Assembly: GCA_947626245.1 (NCBI GenBank)
Contig: CANQRK010000001.1
Coordinates: forward strand, 1 to 60,517
Direction: 5' to 3'
Source: an uncultured Paenalcaligenes sp.
Lineage (GTDB): Bacteria; Pseudomonadota; Gammaproteobacteria; Burkholderiales; Burkholderiaceae_B
DNA length: 60,517 bases
The position numbers and the translations under genes are program-made. Positions 9,674 to 19,993 of the stretch are shown piece by piece (position 1 is the stretch's first letter; the number at the start of each line of letters is the position of its first letter). The notes beneath the pieces are model-generated. The model was not told the DNA's origin. It saw only the letters and a program-made list of their open reading frames with translations, and made no database searches.

Positions 9674-11116
9674 ATGAGCGCATTCATAGAGCGTCACCAT
9701 CTTTGGACGTCTGAGCAGCAAGAGGCCGCTCAGGCCATTCAGCGACGCTTAGAGCAAGGAGAGTTTGATACGGTTCGCTTTGCTTTTCCTGATCAACACG
9801 GTATTTTGCGTGGTAAAACAGTGGTAGCCGAGGCAGCGTTTGAGACCATGCTAGCTGGTGTGAACTTAAGTACAACGTTATTGGCTAAAGACAGTTCTCA
9901 TTTAACCGTTTTCCCTGTATTTACTACCGGTAATGGGGGGTTTGAATTTGAGGGCATGGGCGGTGCTTCTGATTTTGTGATTGTGGCTGACCCATTAAGC
10001 TTCAAGTCATTGCCTTGGGCGCCTCGTACAGGATGGGTGCTGTGCGATGCCTATATGCCTAATGGTCAACCATCCCCGTTGTCTACTCGACAGATTTTGC
10101 GTAAAGCCGTTGCCGAAATGGCCGAGCAGGGCTATGCCATGCAAGCGGGGCTAGAGGTGGAGTTTCATGTGTTTAAAACCACTGAAACCAATATGCAGCT
10201 AGAGCACTCTGGACAGCCGGGTGAACCCCCTAGTGTTGAGCTGTTAACGCATGGTTATCAGTATTTAACAGAGCAGCGTTTTGATCGTGTGGATGAGTTA
10301 ATGCAACTCTTACGTGAGCAGTTGCAAGCTTTGCAGTTACCGTTACGCACCTTAGAAGTCGAGTTTGGTCCTAGTCAGTTTGAAATTACCTTTGCTCCCA
10401 TGGGGGCGCTGGAAGCCGCCGATACGATGGTGTTGGTGCGTAGTGCGGTTAAACAAATTTGTCATCGTCATGGGCTGCATGCCACCTTTATGTGCCGGCC
10501 CAAAATCCCCAATGTGATGTCTAGTGGTTGGCACTTACATCAGTCATTGCGTTGTTTGCGCACGGGTAACAATGCCTTCATGCCAGATGAGGGCACCGAT
10601 GCTTTAAGTAAATTAGGTCATCAGTATTTAGGTGGCTTAGTCAAACACGCTAGGGCAACAGCTGCATTTGCCACTCCAACCATTAATGGCTATAGACGCT
10701 ACAGACCGTTTTCGTTAGCGCCGGATCGGGCGAGTTGGGCCAGAGATAACCGGGCGGCTATGTTACGGGTTTTAGGTGGGGCTGGGCAGACGGCTTCTAG
10801 GATTGAAAACCGTATTGGTGAACCAGCGGCGAATCCGTATTTATATATTGCTTCCCAGTTGTATTCAGGGCTAGATGGCATGCAGCAGCAACTAGATCCT
10901 GGGCCATCTGCCGACACTCCCTATACCAGCGACAGTCAGCTCTTGCCTCGCTCACTGGCGGATGCGTTGAGTGCTTTAAAAGAGGATGCATATCTCTGTG
11001 ATAAGTTTGGTTCAGGGTTTGTGAATTATTACTGCTTTTTAAAAGAAGCTGAGCTATCTCGATTTAATCTCGCTGTATCCGAGTGGGAACAAAAAGAATA
11101 TTTTGATTTGTTTTAA
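9674..11116 (+). CDS. Glutamine-synthetase-like gamma-glutamyl ligase
   Basis: DQHGILRGK, GLEVEF, EFGPSQFE, ATFMCRP, SGWHLHQSL, DNRAAMLR, RIENR; catabolic context. Confidence 0.88.
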   Translation: MSAFIERHHLWTSEQQEAAQAIQRRLEQGEFDTVRFAFPDQHGILRGKTVVAEAAFETMLAGVNLSTTLLAKDSSHLTVFPVFTTGNGGFEFEGMGGASDFVIVADPLSFKSLPWAPRTGWVLCDAYMPNGQPSPLSTRQILRKAVAEMAEQGYAMQAGLEVEFHVFKTTETNMQLEHSGQPGEPPSVELLTHGYQYLTEQRFDRVDELMQLLREQLQALQLPLRTLEVEFGPSQFEITFAPMGALEAADTMVLVRSAVKQICHRHGLHATFMCRPKIPNVMSSGWHLHQSLRCLRTGNNAFMPDEGTDALSKLGHQYLGGLVKHARATAAFATPTINGYRRYRPFSLAPDRASWARDNRAAMLRVLGGAGQTASRIENRIGEPAANPYLYIASQLYSGLDGMQQQLDPGPSADTPYTSDSQLLPRSLADALSALKEDAYLCDKFGSGFVNYYCFLKEAELSRFNLAVSEWEQKEYFDLF

Positions 11117-11127
11117 AGGAGGGGCGG

Positions 11128-11451
11128 ATGCCAACCGTTATTTATATTAACTCCCAAGGAGAGACCTTTGAGGTTGAGGCTGAGGTCGGTCAGACCGTTA
11201 TGCAAGCTGCTATTTTTAATAACATAGAGGGGATTGAGGCGGAGTGTGGTGGGTCCTGTTCTTGTGCAACGTGTCATGTGTATGTGGCGGAGGCAGATCA
11301 GGCATTATTTCCAGTACCCGATGAACTAGAGGATGAGCTCTTAGAGGGTGTAGCGACTGAACGTAAAGCAACTAGTCGCTTAAGTTGCCAGTTAGTATTG
11401 ATGGACGATCATGAGCGAGTCACAGTGCAGATTCCGGAGGCACAATATTGA
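11128..11451 (+). CDS. 2Fe-2S ferredoxin, putidaredoxin/adrenodoxin type
   Basis: CGGSCSCATCH...SRLSCQ. Confidence 0.93.
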   Translation: MPTVIYINSQGETFEVEAEVGQTVMQAAIFNNIEGIEAECGGSCSCATCHVYVAEADQALFPVPDELEDELLEGVATERKATSRLSCQLVLMDDHERVTVQIPEAQY

Positions 11452-12671
11452 GTACTTTTGTTATTGTGGGCGGCTCCTATGCCGCTGTTCAAGCCGCCGT
11501 CAGTGCGCGTCAGCATGGCTACGATGGACGCATTGTCCTGCTTAGCGCAGAAAAGGAGCTGCCGTATCACCGACCGCCTTTGTCTAAATCTTTTTTAAAT
11601 ACAGAGATGCCTAGCTCTCGTCTTTGGTTACGATCCGAGGCCTTTTATGAGCAGCATCAGATAGATGTTGAGTTGGGTCAAACAGTGACACAGCTAGATC
11701 TGGGAAAACAACAAGTCGAGTTTGGGCAATCGTGTTTGACTTACGATAATTTGCTATTGGCCACTGGGGCGCGAGCGATGACGTTGCCTTGGCAAATTAC
11801 TCCCGTCAAAGGGGTGTTTTCTTTGCGTGATTTAGCTGATGCACAGGCCATCAAAGAGCATTTACCTAAAGCAAAAAAAGCCGTTGTGATTGGGGGTGGT
11901 TTTATTGGCTTAGAGCTAGCTAGCTCATTAAGCACCTTAGGGATAGACACCACGGTGGTCGAGCTGTCTGAACGCTTGGCAGGGCGGGTAGTTTCGCCCT
12001 TTATCTCTGAGTACTTGTTGCAGAGGCATCAGCAGCAGGGAGTACGTGTTTGCTTAAATAGCCAAGTGGCAGGGGTAAAACACGATCAGCAGGTGACGGC
12101 TGTTGTGTTGGCCGACGGTCAGGAAATCGAGGCAGATTTAGTTGTAGTCGGCGTGGGAGCAAAGCCAAATACCGAGCTGCTCGCGCCTTTTTTCTCAGAA
12201 AATGTAGCGCAAGGTATTCAGGTGAATACCGAGGCCAAAACTGTGATTCCAGCAGTATGGGCAGCAGGAGACTGTGCGTTAACCTCGTTGAATTTAGGCG
12301 CTCAGTCTACGTGGTTGCGGTTAGAGTCAGTCAATGCAGCGAATGAACTAGGCAAGGCCGCTGGAGCGGCGATCGCCGGAAAATCAGAGCCTTTTGTAAC
12401 AGCCCCTTGGTTCTGGAGCGATCAATTTGATTTGAAAATACAAATGGTAGGTATCGCTTTGCCAACAGATACGTTGGTTTTACGAGGTGAGCCTGAGTCG
12501 AAGCGTTTTAGTGTATTCCATCTACGCCAAACAGGGGAGATTGGAGCCGTACAGTCCATTAATCGTCCTGCTGAGCATTTATTGGCTAGGCGTTTGGTCA
12601 GTGAGCGTCAGCACATTGCGACTGCTATTTTGCAAGATGAATCCATCAATCTTAAAGAAGTGACGGCGTAA
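11448..12671 (+). CDS. FAD-dependent ferredoxin reductase (GR-type)
   Basis: PYHRPPLSK, LLATG, VIGGGFIGLE, AAGD, PWFWSDQ; TTG start overlapping the ferredoxin stop. Confidence 0.92.
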   Translation: MSTFVIVGGSYAAVQAAVSARQHGYDGRIVLLSAEKELPYHRPPLSKSFLNTEMPSSRLWLRSEAFYEQHQIDVELGQTVTQLDLGKQQVEFGQSCLTYDNLLLATGARAMTLPWQITPVKGVFSLRDLADAQAIKEHLPKAKKAVVIGGGFIGLELASSLSTLGIDTTVVELSERLAGRVVSPFISEYLLQRHQQQGVRVCLNSQVAGVKHDQQVTAVVLADGQEIEADLVVVGVGAKPNTELLAPFFSENVAQGIQVNTEAKTVIPAVWAAGDCALTSLNLGAQSTWLRLESVNAANELGKAAGAAIAGKSEPFVTAPWFWSDQFDLKIQMVGIALPTDTLVLRGEPESKRFSVFHLRQTGEIGAVQSINRPAEHLLARRLVSERQHIATAILQDESINLKEVTA

Positions 12672-12728
12672 CCGAGATAACTAAAGACGTCGCACAACAT
12701 ATATGCATGCTTTTCGAGGAGACAAACG

Positions 12729-13913
12729 ATGAAAAAGCACTTTTTAGCACTGAGCTGTACTTTGGCGCTAAGCGCCTTTGGTATGGTGTCGGCTCAAGCA
12801 CAAAATCAAGAGCCATTAAAAATAGGAATTATTGCCACTTACTCTGGACCGTATGCAGACTATGGCAAACAGTTTGATGCTGGCATGAGTATTTATTTGG
12901 ATCAAACCGATGGTAAGTTGGGTGGTCGTCCGGTAGAAATTATTCGTAAAGATACAGGAGGGGCTGCCCCAGATAATGCTCGCCGTTTTGCACAAGAGCT
13001 GATTAGTCGGGATAAAGTGGACATTATCTCAGGTTTGGATTTTAGTCCTAACGTTTATGCCATTGCTCCGGTTATTAATCGAGCCAAAGTGCCGACTTTA
13101 GTGATGAATGCGGCTTCTTCAGCTATTACCGAAGCTTCTCCATATATTGCGCGTTTGTCTTTTACGGTACAGCAAGTGTCTGCCCCCATGGCGGAATGGT
13201 TAGCTGATAATGGCGTTAAGAAAATTTATACCGTGGTAGCAGATTATGCCTCAGGTATTGATGCGGAGGCATCTTTTAAAGAGGTTTTTGAGGCTAAGGG
13301 TGGGCAGGTGGTGAATTCGGTTCGTACCCCAATGAATAACCCTGACTTTTCTGCTTATATTCAGCGGATCAAAGACTCTCAGCCCGAAGGGGTTTTTATC
13401 TTTTTCCCATCCGGAGTGATGCCTTTATCGTTTTTACGAGCTTGGCAAGAACGAGGTATGGATGAAGCCGGTATTAAATTGTATGCCACGGGCGAGGCCA
13501 CCGATGACAGCTATATGAAAGCAACAGGCGATGTGGCTTTGGGCTTGGTGACGAGTCATCACTATTCTTATGACCATCCATCTGCTGAAAATCAGCAGTT
13601 TGTCGAGGCTTATGAAACTAAGTTTGGTGAAGGCGATAGACTGAATTATTTTGCCATTACCGCTTATGACACGTTAGCTGCTTTAGACAAAGCGCTGACC
13701 GAAACCGAAGGCAATGCTCAGGGAGACGTGTTATTAGAAAAGCTAAAGGGGATGCAGCTTATGAGTCCTCGTGGCCCGATTGAAATTGATTCAGAAACGC
13801 GCGATATCATACAAACCGTCTATATCCGTAAAGTAGAGGAAAAAGATGGCAAATTAGTCAGCGTTGAGTTTGACCAGTTTGATCGTGTTAAAGATCCAGC
13901 AAAAGAGAAATAA
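12729..13913 (+). CDS. Liv/HAAT-type ABC transporter substrate-binding protein (aromatic-acid-binding-like)
   Basis: Signal peptide (AQA), KIGIIATYSGPYA, SPRGPIEID..RDIIQTVYIR; GAGGAG RBS. Confidence 0.88.
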   Translation: MKKHFLALSCTLALSAFGMVSAQAQNQEPLKIGIIATYSGPYADYGKQFDAGMSIYLDQTDGKLGGRPVEIIRKDTGGAAPDNARRFAQELISRDKVDIISGLDFSPNVYAIAPVINRAKVPTLVMNAASSAITEASPYIARLSFTVQQVSAPMAEWLADNGVKKIYTVVADYASGIDAEASFKEVFEAKGGQVVNSVRTPMNNPDFSAYIQRIKDSQPEGVFIFFPSGVMPLSFLRAWQERGMDEAGIKLYATGEATDDSYMKATGDVALGLVTSHHYSYDHPSAENQQFVEAYETKFGEGDRLNYFAITAYDTLAALDKALTETEGNAQGDVLLEKLKGMQLMSPRGPIEIDSETRDIIQTVYIRKVEEKDGKLVSVEFDQFDRVKDPAKEK

Positions 13914-13925
13914 TTCTAACAATGA

Positions 13926-13960
13926 TTAGGCGTACCAAGGCGTTGCTTTAGTACGCCTAA
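13926..13960 (+). other. Intra-operon hairpin after the binding-protein gene (mRNA stabiliser or partial terminator)
   Basis: TTAGGCGTACCAAGGC-GTT-GCTTTAGTACGCCTAA. Confidence 0.6.
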
Positions 13961-13981
13961 GCTTTAATGATAGGTGGAAGA

Positions 13982-14836
13982 ATGGCGATAGTTCTCTTTG
14001 ATGGAGTGGCCTATGGGATGCTGCTGTTTCTCATGGGCGTTGGGTTGTCGATCACAATGGGTTTGATGCGCTTTGTTAATCTCAGTCACGGTGTTTTTGC
14101 TGTGATCGGGGGCTATTTAGGTGTGGCCATTGCGGGTAGTACGGGTTCTTATGTATTGGCTTTGTTACTAGGGGCGGTAGGTAGTGGAATAGTGGGGTAT
14201 GTATTAGAGCGCCTGCTATTTCGTCATTTTTATCGACGTCATCCGTTAGACCAAGTTTTGGTGTCATTGGGGGTTGTTTTTGTCTCCATTGCCACTATTA
14301 CGTATTTTTTTGGTCCAGGTATTCAGTCATTTACTTTACCTGATTGGCTCAGAGGTCAAGTGCAGTTTTTAGGGCTAAGCGTAGGAGCTTACCGTTTATT
14401 TCTCATCGTAGTGGGCTTTGCGGTATTTGCGCTGTTGACCTTTATCATTCGTAAAACTTTGTATGGAGCCATGGTAAGGGCGGCGGTAGATGACCAAAAA
14501 ATTGCGCAGGGCTTGGGAGTGAATGTCAATACTCTTTTTTCTTGTACCTTTGCTTTTGGTTGTGCCTTAGCGGGCTTTGGTGGGGCGCTGAGCTTGGGAG
14601 CCTTAGCGTTAGAGCCGACCTTTCCCATTAAGTACCTTGTGTTTTTCTTAATGGTGGTGTGCGTGGGTGGCGCAGGCACGATTAGTGGTCCTTTTGTGGC
14701 GGCGATTCTGGTGGGAATTATTGATGTGGCCGGTAAATATTATGTGCCTTCTTTAGGATCATTTTTAATTTATTTAGTGATGATTGTGCTTTTGCTTTGG
14801 AAGCCAGATGGGTTAATCACGTTAAAGCGCAAATAG
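13982..14836 (+). CDS. Liv-type ABC permease (LivH-like)
   Basis: GLSITMGLMRFVNLSHG, YGAMVRAAVDD, VVCVGGAGTISG; hydrophobic; alternative start 13967. Confidence 0.9.
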   Translation: MAIVLFDGVAYGMLLFLMGVGLSITMGLMRFVNLSHGVFAVIGGYLGVAIAGSTGSYVLALLLGAVGSGIVGYVLERLLFRHFYRRHPLDQVLVSLGVVFVSIATITYFFGPGIQSFTLPDWLRGQVQFLGLSVGAYRLFLIVVGFAVFALLTFIIRKTLYGAMVRAAVDDQKIAQGLGVNVNTLFSCTFAFGCALAGFGGALSLGALALEPTFPIKYLVFFLMVVCVGGAGTISGPFVAAILVGIIDVAGKYYVPSLGSFLIYLVMIVLLLWKPDGLITLKRK

Positions 14837-14846
14837 GACAGAGCTC

Positions 14847-15797
14847 ATGAAATATGATAAACAAGCAAAATTGTCGTGGTTTGACTTTGTCTTTTGGGGC
14901 ATGTTTATTCTGGCTGCGGCACTTTTTCCTAATTACTTACCGTTTTTGACCCTGATTCTCATTTATGGGTTGTTTGCCTTATCGTTGGATATCGCCTTGG
15001 GCTATGCCGGTATTTTAACGGTGGGACATGCTGCCTTTTTTGGTTTGGGGGCTTATGCGGCGGGTCTAATTTCTATTTATATCACCTCGGAGCCGATAAG
15101 CGGTTTACTCTTAGCTGGTCTGATTAGTATGGTGGTGGGTTATGTGTTGAGCTTTTTAGTCGTTAGAGGCTCTGATTTGTCACGTCTTATGATTACCATT
15201 GGTACGGTCGTGTTGTTTGGAGAAGTGATTCGTCGCTTTTCTAGTGTGACTGGTGGTACGGATGGCTTGCTGGGTATAGACATTGCACCGTTATTTGGGT
15301 TGTTTGAGTTCGATTTTGATGGTCAATTAGGTTTTATTTATACCTATGTCATTGTTTTACTGCTGTTTCTTTGGGTGAGGCGCGTAGTACGAACCCCTTT
15401 TGGGTATAGCGTGCGAGGAATCCATGAAAACCCAACACGGATGTTAGCTTTAGGCACACCGATTACCAAGCGATTACGCTGGTCTTATGCTCTTTCTGCT
15501 TTATTGGCTGGTATAGCGGGAGCCTTGTTAGCTCAAACCAACCAGTTTGTGGGCATTGAAGCCATCAGTTTTGATTTGTCAGCTCAAATTTTGATTATGT
15601 TGGTATTGGGTGGGGCTGGACGTTTATATGGGGGTTTGGTCGGAGCCACTATTTATATGATTTTGCACGACGTATTTGCCGACATGAGTCCTGAGTATTG
15701 GATGTTCTGGTTAGGATTGTTTTTGATCTTCATTGTCAGTGTGGGCAAAGGGGGTATTGTGACCTGGTTTGATTCATTACGTCGCACAAAGGAGTAA
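14847..15797 (+). CDS. Liv-type ABC permease (LivM-like)
   Basis: LGYAGILTVGHAAFFGLGAY, TGGTDGL, MLVLGGAG. Confidence 0.9.
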   Translation: MKYDKQAKLSWFDFVFWGMFILAAALFPNYLPFLTLILIYGLFALSLDIALGYAGILTVGHAAFFGLGAYAAGLISIYITSEPISGLLLAGLISMVVGYVLSFLVVRGSDLSRLMITIGTVVLFGEVIRRFSSVTGGTDGLLGIDIAPLFGLFEFDFDGQLGFIYTYVIVLLLFLWVRRVVRTPFGYSVRGIHENPTRMLALGTPITKRLRWSYALSALLAGIAGALLAQTNQFVGIEAISFDLSAQILIMLVLGGAGRLYGGLVGATIYMILHDVFADMSPEYWMFWLGLFLIFIVSVGKGGIVTWFDSLRRTKE

Positions 15798-15799
15798 GC

Positions 15800-16570
15800 A
15801 TGACCGCTACGCTTTTAAATACAACAGATCTGGGTATTAATTTCGGTGCTTTTGCCGCAGTGAGTGAGGTGAATTTACGTTTGATTCCCGGGCAGCGTCA
15901 GGCCTTGATTGGACCAAATGGCGCCGGAAAAACCAGTTTAATTAATTTGCTCACAGGGGTATATAAGCCGACTTTTGGCTCCATTTACCTAGGAGAGGAA
16001 AATATTAATCAGTTGTCCTTTGATGCTCGGGTACGTAAAGGATTGGTACGAACCTTTCAGCTCAATACCTTGTGCTTGGGAATGACTCCTTTAGATACCG
16101 TTTTAATGGCTTTAGCAGAACGTGAGAATAAAGGGCATGTGTGGTGGAAGCCTACCTATCAGTTTGATGCCCTATACGCAGAGGCAGAGCAGTTGTTACA
16201 GCAGGTGGGCTTAGGCGATGTGATGCAACATAAAGTGGGTGAACTGGCCTATGGAAAACAGCGATTGCTAGAAATTGCCTTGGCCTTAGCCTTAAAGCCT
16301 AAGGTGTTGCTTTTGGATGAGCCTGCTGCGGGTATTCCTGAGGGGGAGAGTGATGAAATCTTTCATGTCATAGAGCAATTGCCTCAAACCATGAGCGTGG
16401 TGTTTATCGAACATGACATGGATTTGGTATTTCATTTTGCACAGCGTATTGCTGTGCTGGTTGCAGGGAAAATAATTGTCGATGGAACGGCTGATGAGAT
16501 TGTAGATCACCCTTTAGTCAGAGAGGCGTATCTAGGGGCCGATTTCTGTGCCAAGGGGAAAGCCGCATGA
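15800..16570 (+). CDS. Liv-type ABC ATPase (LivG-like)
   Basis: GPNGAGKTS, LAYGKQRLLEIA, LLDEPAAG, IEHDM. Confidence 0.92.
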   Translation: MTATLLNTTDLGINFGAFAAVSEVNLRLIPGQRQALIGPNGAGKTSLINLLTGVYKPTFGSIYLGEENINQLSFDARVRKGLVRTFQLNTLCLGMTPLDTVLMALAERENKGHVWWKPTYQFDALYAEAEQLLQQVGLGDVMQHKVGELAYGKQRLLEIALALALKPKVLLLDEPAAGIPEGESDEIFHVIEQLPQTMSVVFIEHDMDLVFHFAQRIAVLVAGKIIVDGTADEIVDHPLVREAYLGADFCAKGKAA

Positions 16571-17268
16571 GTGTGCTATTAGAAATGCAGGGGGTGCGTG
16601 CGGGTTACGGCAAAGCCACTGTTTTACAAGACATTAGTTTTAAGATCGAAGCGGGTCAAAGTTTAGCGTTATTAGGGCGAAATGGCGTGGGCAAAACGAC
16701 GTTGCTGGAAACGCTAATGGGTAATACACAGATGTGGGCGGGAAGTATTGTATTTAAAGGACAGCCTGTAGATAAACTGGCCCCTTTTCAGCGTGCTCGA
16801 TTGGGTTTGGGTTGGGTCCCTCAAGAACGAGGTGCTTTTGTGTCCCTGACCGTAGAAGATAACCTTAGGGTAGTACAGCGTCCTGGAGCGTGGGATTTAA
16901 AGCGGGTATATACACTATTTCCTCGACTAGAGGAGCGCGCTAGAAATTTTGGCGATCAACTCTCTGGAGGTGAGCAGCAGATGCTAGCTATTGCCCGAGC
17001 ACTCATGACGAATCCTGATCTGTTGCTGCTCGATGAGCCCATGGAGGGATTAGCTCCTGTCATTGTGGCAGAGCTAGCTCAAGCCATTAAACAGATGGCA
17101 TCAGAAGGATTGCCCTGTATTGTGGTCGAGCAGCAACCCATTTTGACCCTATCCATGACAGATAAAGCGTTGGTGTTAGAAAAAGGTCGGGTAGTTTTGG
17201 AGCAAAGTAGCCAGGTATTGGCAGATAACCCCGAGCAGTTAGGTCAGTATTTAGGCTTACGTGTGTAA
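16567..17268 (+). CDS. Liv-type ABC ATPase (LivF-like)
   Basis: GRNGVGKTT, LSGGEQQMLAIARAL, LLDEPMEGLAP. Confidence 0.92.
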   Translation: MSVLLEMQGVRAGYGKATVLQDISFKIEAGQSLALLGRNGVGKTTLLETLMGNTQMWAGSIVFKGQPVDKLAPFQRARLGLGWVPQERGAFVSLTVEDNLRVVQRPGAWDLKRVYTLFPRLEERARNFGDQLSGGEQQMLAIARALMTNPDLLLLDEPMEGLAPVIVAELAQAIKQMASEGLPCIVVEQQPILTLSMTDKALVLEKGRVVLEQSSQVLADNPEQLGQYLGLRV

Positions 17269-17293
17269 CTCAATTCACACAAAGGAGAAGACA

Positions 17294-18022
17294 ATGGCGC
17301 ACGCCAAAAAGCCTGTGTTAATCATTCAGCATACTCCAGTGGGGCACCCTGGAGCAGTATTGCCTTTGTTGGATCAGTTAGGCGTCCCTTGGATTTTGGT
17401 TTCTTTGCCCGCCGGCGATAAAATTCCCGATAATATTACCCCTTATGGTGGATTGATTATAATGGGTGGAGGTATGAGTGCTAATGATGATTTAGATTGG
17501 ATTCACACCGAAATCCGTTTGATTCAACAAGCATATGCCTTGGGGGTACCTATTGCTGGGCACTGCTTAGGTTCGCAAATGATGTCTAAAGCCTTAGGGG
17601 CTCAGGTACGTAAAAATGCTCATAAAGAAATAGGTTGGCAGCCAGTGGTTCCTACTGACTCTTCTCAGGTACAGAGTTGGTTTGGTGATTTGACCGAAGC
17701 CATTCATTTTTTCCAGTGGCATGGGGATACCTTCGAATTACCCCTTGGTGCCGAACGATTGTTAAGCAGCGAGGCGTGTTTGAACCAAGCCTATGTGTTG
17801 GATGATAAGCACATTGCTATGCAATTTCATTTGGAAATGAACCCAGAGTTGGTAAAGATGTCTTTAGAGGCAAATGGCAAGGAGCTGCAACGAGAGCTAG
17901 AGGCGGGCAGCCCATTTGTAAATACTACTGCACAGATCCGAGCAGGTGTGCAGCACTATATGCCTCGCATGCATGAGGCGTTACACGCCGTGTATAGCCG
18001 TTGGGTAAAAAACAGGATTTAG
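17294..18022 (+). CDS. Class I glutamine amidotransferase-like protein (putative gamma-glutamyl amide hydrolase)
   Basis: MGGGMS, nucleophile GHCLG, WHGDTF, QFHLE triad; AGGAG RBS before ATG 17294. Confidence 0.88.
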   Translation: MAHAKKPVLIIQHTPVGHPGAVLPLLDQLGVPWILVSLPAGDKIPDNITPYGGLIIMGGGMSANDDLDWIHTEIRLIQQAYALGVPIAGHCLGSQMMSKALGAQVRKNAHKEIGWQPVVPTDSSQVQSWFGDLTEAIHFFQWHGDTFELPLGAERLLSSEACLNQAYVLDDKHIAMQFHLEMNPELVKMSLEANGKELQRELEAGSPFVNTTAQIRAGVQHYMPRMHEALHAVYSRWVKNRI

Positions 18023-18023
18023 C

Positions 18024-18060
18024 ACAAACACCCCCACTGAATTGTAGTGGGGGTATTTGT
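18024..18060. terminator. Bidirectional terminator
   Basis: ACAAACACCCCCACT...AGTGGGGGTATTTGT between convergent genes. Confidence 0.75.
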
Positions 18061-18061
18061 A

Positions 18062-18535
18062 TTAGAGTCCTAGTTCGGATAAGCCTGGGTGATCAAGGGG
18101 GCGTGGGCCAAGAGGCCAGAAAAATTTGCGCTCTTGCTCTGTAATGGGAAGGTCATTCAGACTGGCGTAGCGATTGACCATTAGGCCTTGGTCGTTAAAT
18201 TCCCAGTTTTCATTGCCATAGGAGCGAAACCAGTTGTTCGAATCATCATGCCATTCGTAAGCATAACGTACTGCAATACGGTGGCCGCTAAAGGCCCAGA
18301 GCTCTTTGATCAGCCGATAGTCCAGTTCTTTATGCCATTTTCGTTGCAAAAAAAGCAGTACTTCGTCTCGTCCTTGGATGAATTCAGAGCGGTTACGCCA
18401 ACGGGTATCGGTGCTGTAGGCTAAGGCCACTTTATGGGGGTCTCGGCCATTCCAACCGTCTTCAGCCAGACGTACTTTTTGTTGTGCCGTCTCTAAGGTA
18501 AAAGGGGGCACGGGTGGACGTAGTTCAGAATCCAT
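18062..18535 (-). CDS. DUF1348 / NTF2-like (SnoaL-fold) protein
   Basis: [37 protein letters not shown]; AAGGAG RBS. Confidence 0.88.
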   Translation of the reverse strand: MDSELRPPVPPFTLETAQQKVRLAEDGWNGRDPHKVALAYSTDTRWRNRSEFIQGRDEVLLFLQRKWHKELDYRLIKELWAFSGHRIAVRYAYEWHDDSNNWFRSYGNENWEFNDQGLMVNRYASLNDLPITEQERKFFWPLGPRPLDHPGLSELGL

Positions 18536-18637
18536 GATTTGTCTCCTTGTTGGTTGAGTAGAATAGGTTAGAATTGCCTCATTATCATACCCGACTAGCT
18601 AAGGCTAAGGGTTACCATTAAAAATGTACTTTTACTT

Positions 18638-19954
18638 ATGACAACGAGCAAACAATCTCCAACAAATTCAACCAGTAGTACGGTCTACTTTAGTGTAGCG
18701 CTAGTGATTGGCGTATTAACGGCTTTGGTGGGTTCGGCTTTCCATCAAATTGTAAAATACGCCCAAGTCATCGTGCCAGAGTTGCCTTTTATGTTGGGCT
18801 TAGATGGCTGGTTAGCTTATGTATTTTTAGCGTTATTTTCTATGTCCATGTTTTGTGGTGCGGTGGCATTGGTACGTCGCTTTGCACCCGAGGCGGGTGG
18901 CTCAGGTATCCAAGAGGTCGAAGGTGCCATGGAAGGACTACGTGAAGTCCGTTGGTCTCGCGTGTTACCCGTCAAATTTATTGGTGGGGTTATGGCTTTG
19001 GGTGCGGGGTTGGTGGGGGGCCGAGAGGGACCAACGATCCATATGGGAGCGTCCATTGCACAAGCGGTTGCCGAGCGCTTTAAGGTGACAGTACAAGACG
19101 CGCGTGCCTTATTAGGTGCGGGTGCGGGGGCGGGTTTGACCACGGCGTTTAGTGCTCCGATTGCCTCGGCGCTATTTATTATCGAAGAGGCCAGAGATAC
19201 CTTTCCCTATAGTAGACGCTCGTACTATGCGGTCATTTTAGCGTGTGGTGCCAGTGCTATCGTCACCATTGCGTTATTGGGTAATCGTCCTTTTATGGCG
19301 ATTCAGGCCCAAGTGACCCCCTTGTCGTTTTATCCAGTGTTTGTCGTGTTAGGTGTGTTATTAGGGGTATTAGGGGTTTATTTTAATAAAATGGTATTGC
19401 GTTGTTTAGACTGGTCGCAGCACGTTAGTGTGCGTTATTCCCCTTATGTATGGCCTGCGGTATTAGGTGCGATTATTGGTCCCATGATGCTGTGGTTGCC
19501 TAGTGCTACCGATGGGGGGGAAAACTTAGTAGAAATCCTTGTGACCCATCCCTTGACGCTAGGAACAGTGGTGTTATTAGTGGTGATTCGGTTTGTGATG
19601 ACGATAACTAGCTACGCCGCTGGTACGCCAGCGGGTATTTTTGCTCCAATTTTAGCCTTGGCGACGGTGTTCAGTTTGCTATTTGGGCAGGTGTTGTCTT
19701 TGTTTGTTACGTTGCCACCGGATGCGATGGCAAGTTTGGCCGTCGCTGGGATGGTGGGTTTGTTTGCCAGTACCATTAGTGCACCGATGGTAGGGGTAGT
19801 GTTGGTTATGGAATTAACAGGCAACTATGCATTAGCTGTACCGTGTTTTTTATGTGCTATCAGTGCGGCGGTGACGGCATTGGCCTTAAAAGGACGACCT
19901 ATTTATGAATTGCTTCTAGAGCGTACGTTACGTTTAGCAGCAGCGCAACGCTAA
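18638..19954 (+). CDS. clcA: ClC-family H+/Cl- exchange transporter
   Basis: GSGIQE, gating GREGP, FIIEE, GIFAP, C-terminal PIY. Confidence 0.92.
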   Translation: MTTSKQSPTNSTSSTVYFSVALVIGVLTALVGSAFHQIVKYAQVIVPELPFMLGLDGWLAYVFLALFSMSMFCGAVALVRRFAPEAGGSGIQEVEGAMEGLREVRWSRVLPVKFIGGVMALGAGLVGGREGPTIHMGASIAQAVAERFKVTVQDARALLGAGAGAGLTTAFSAPIASALFIIEEARDTFPYSRRSYYAVILACGASAIVTIALLGNRPFMAIQAQVTPLSFYPVFVVLGVLLGVLGVYFNKMVLRCLDWSQHVSVRYSPYVWPAVLGAIIGPMMLWLPSATDGGENLVEILVTHPLTLGTVVLLVVIRFVMTITSYAAGTPAGIFAPILALATVFSLLFGQVLSLFVTLPPDAMASLAVAGMVGLFASTISAPMVGVVLVMELTGNYALAVPCFLCAISAAVTALALKGRPIYELLLERTLRLAAAQR

Positions 19955-19993
19955 CACGCTTAATAGCGATTTAACCCACAAGAGTTGGTGTGA

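Noticed and set aside
8337-11116. Direct calls of phthalate dioxygenase, aniline dioxygenase or glnA
   Set aside because: No dihydrodiol dehydrogenase or decarboxylase as in pht clusters, no beta subunit as in tdn/atd, and the GS-like gene sits in a catabolic operon; only family-level calls are supported.
18536-18637. Fluoride riboswitch upstream of the ClC gene
   Set aside because: No matching motif seen; the protein has chloride-type GSGI/GREGP motifs rather than CLC-F variants.
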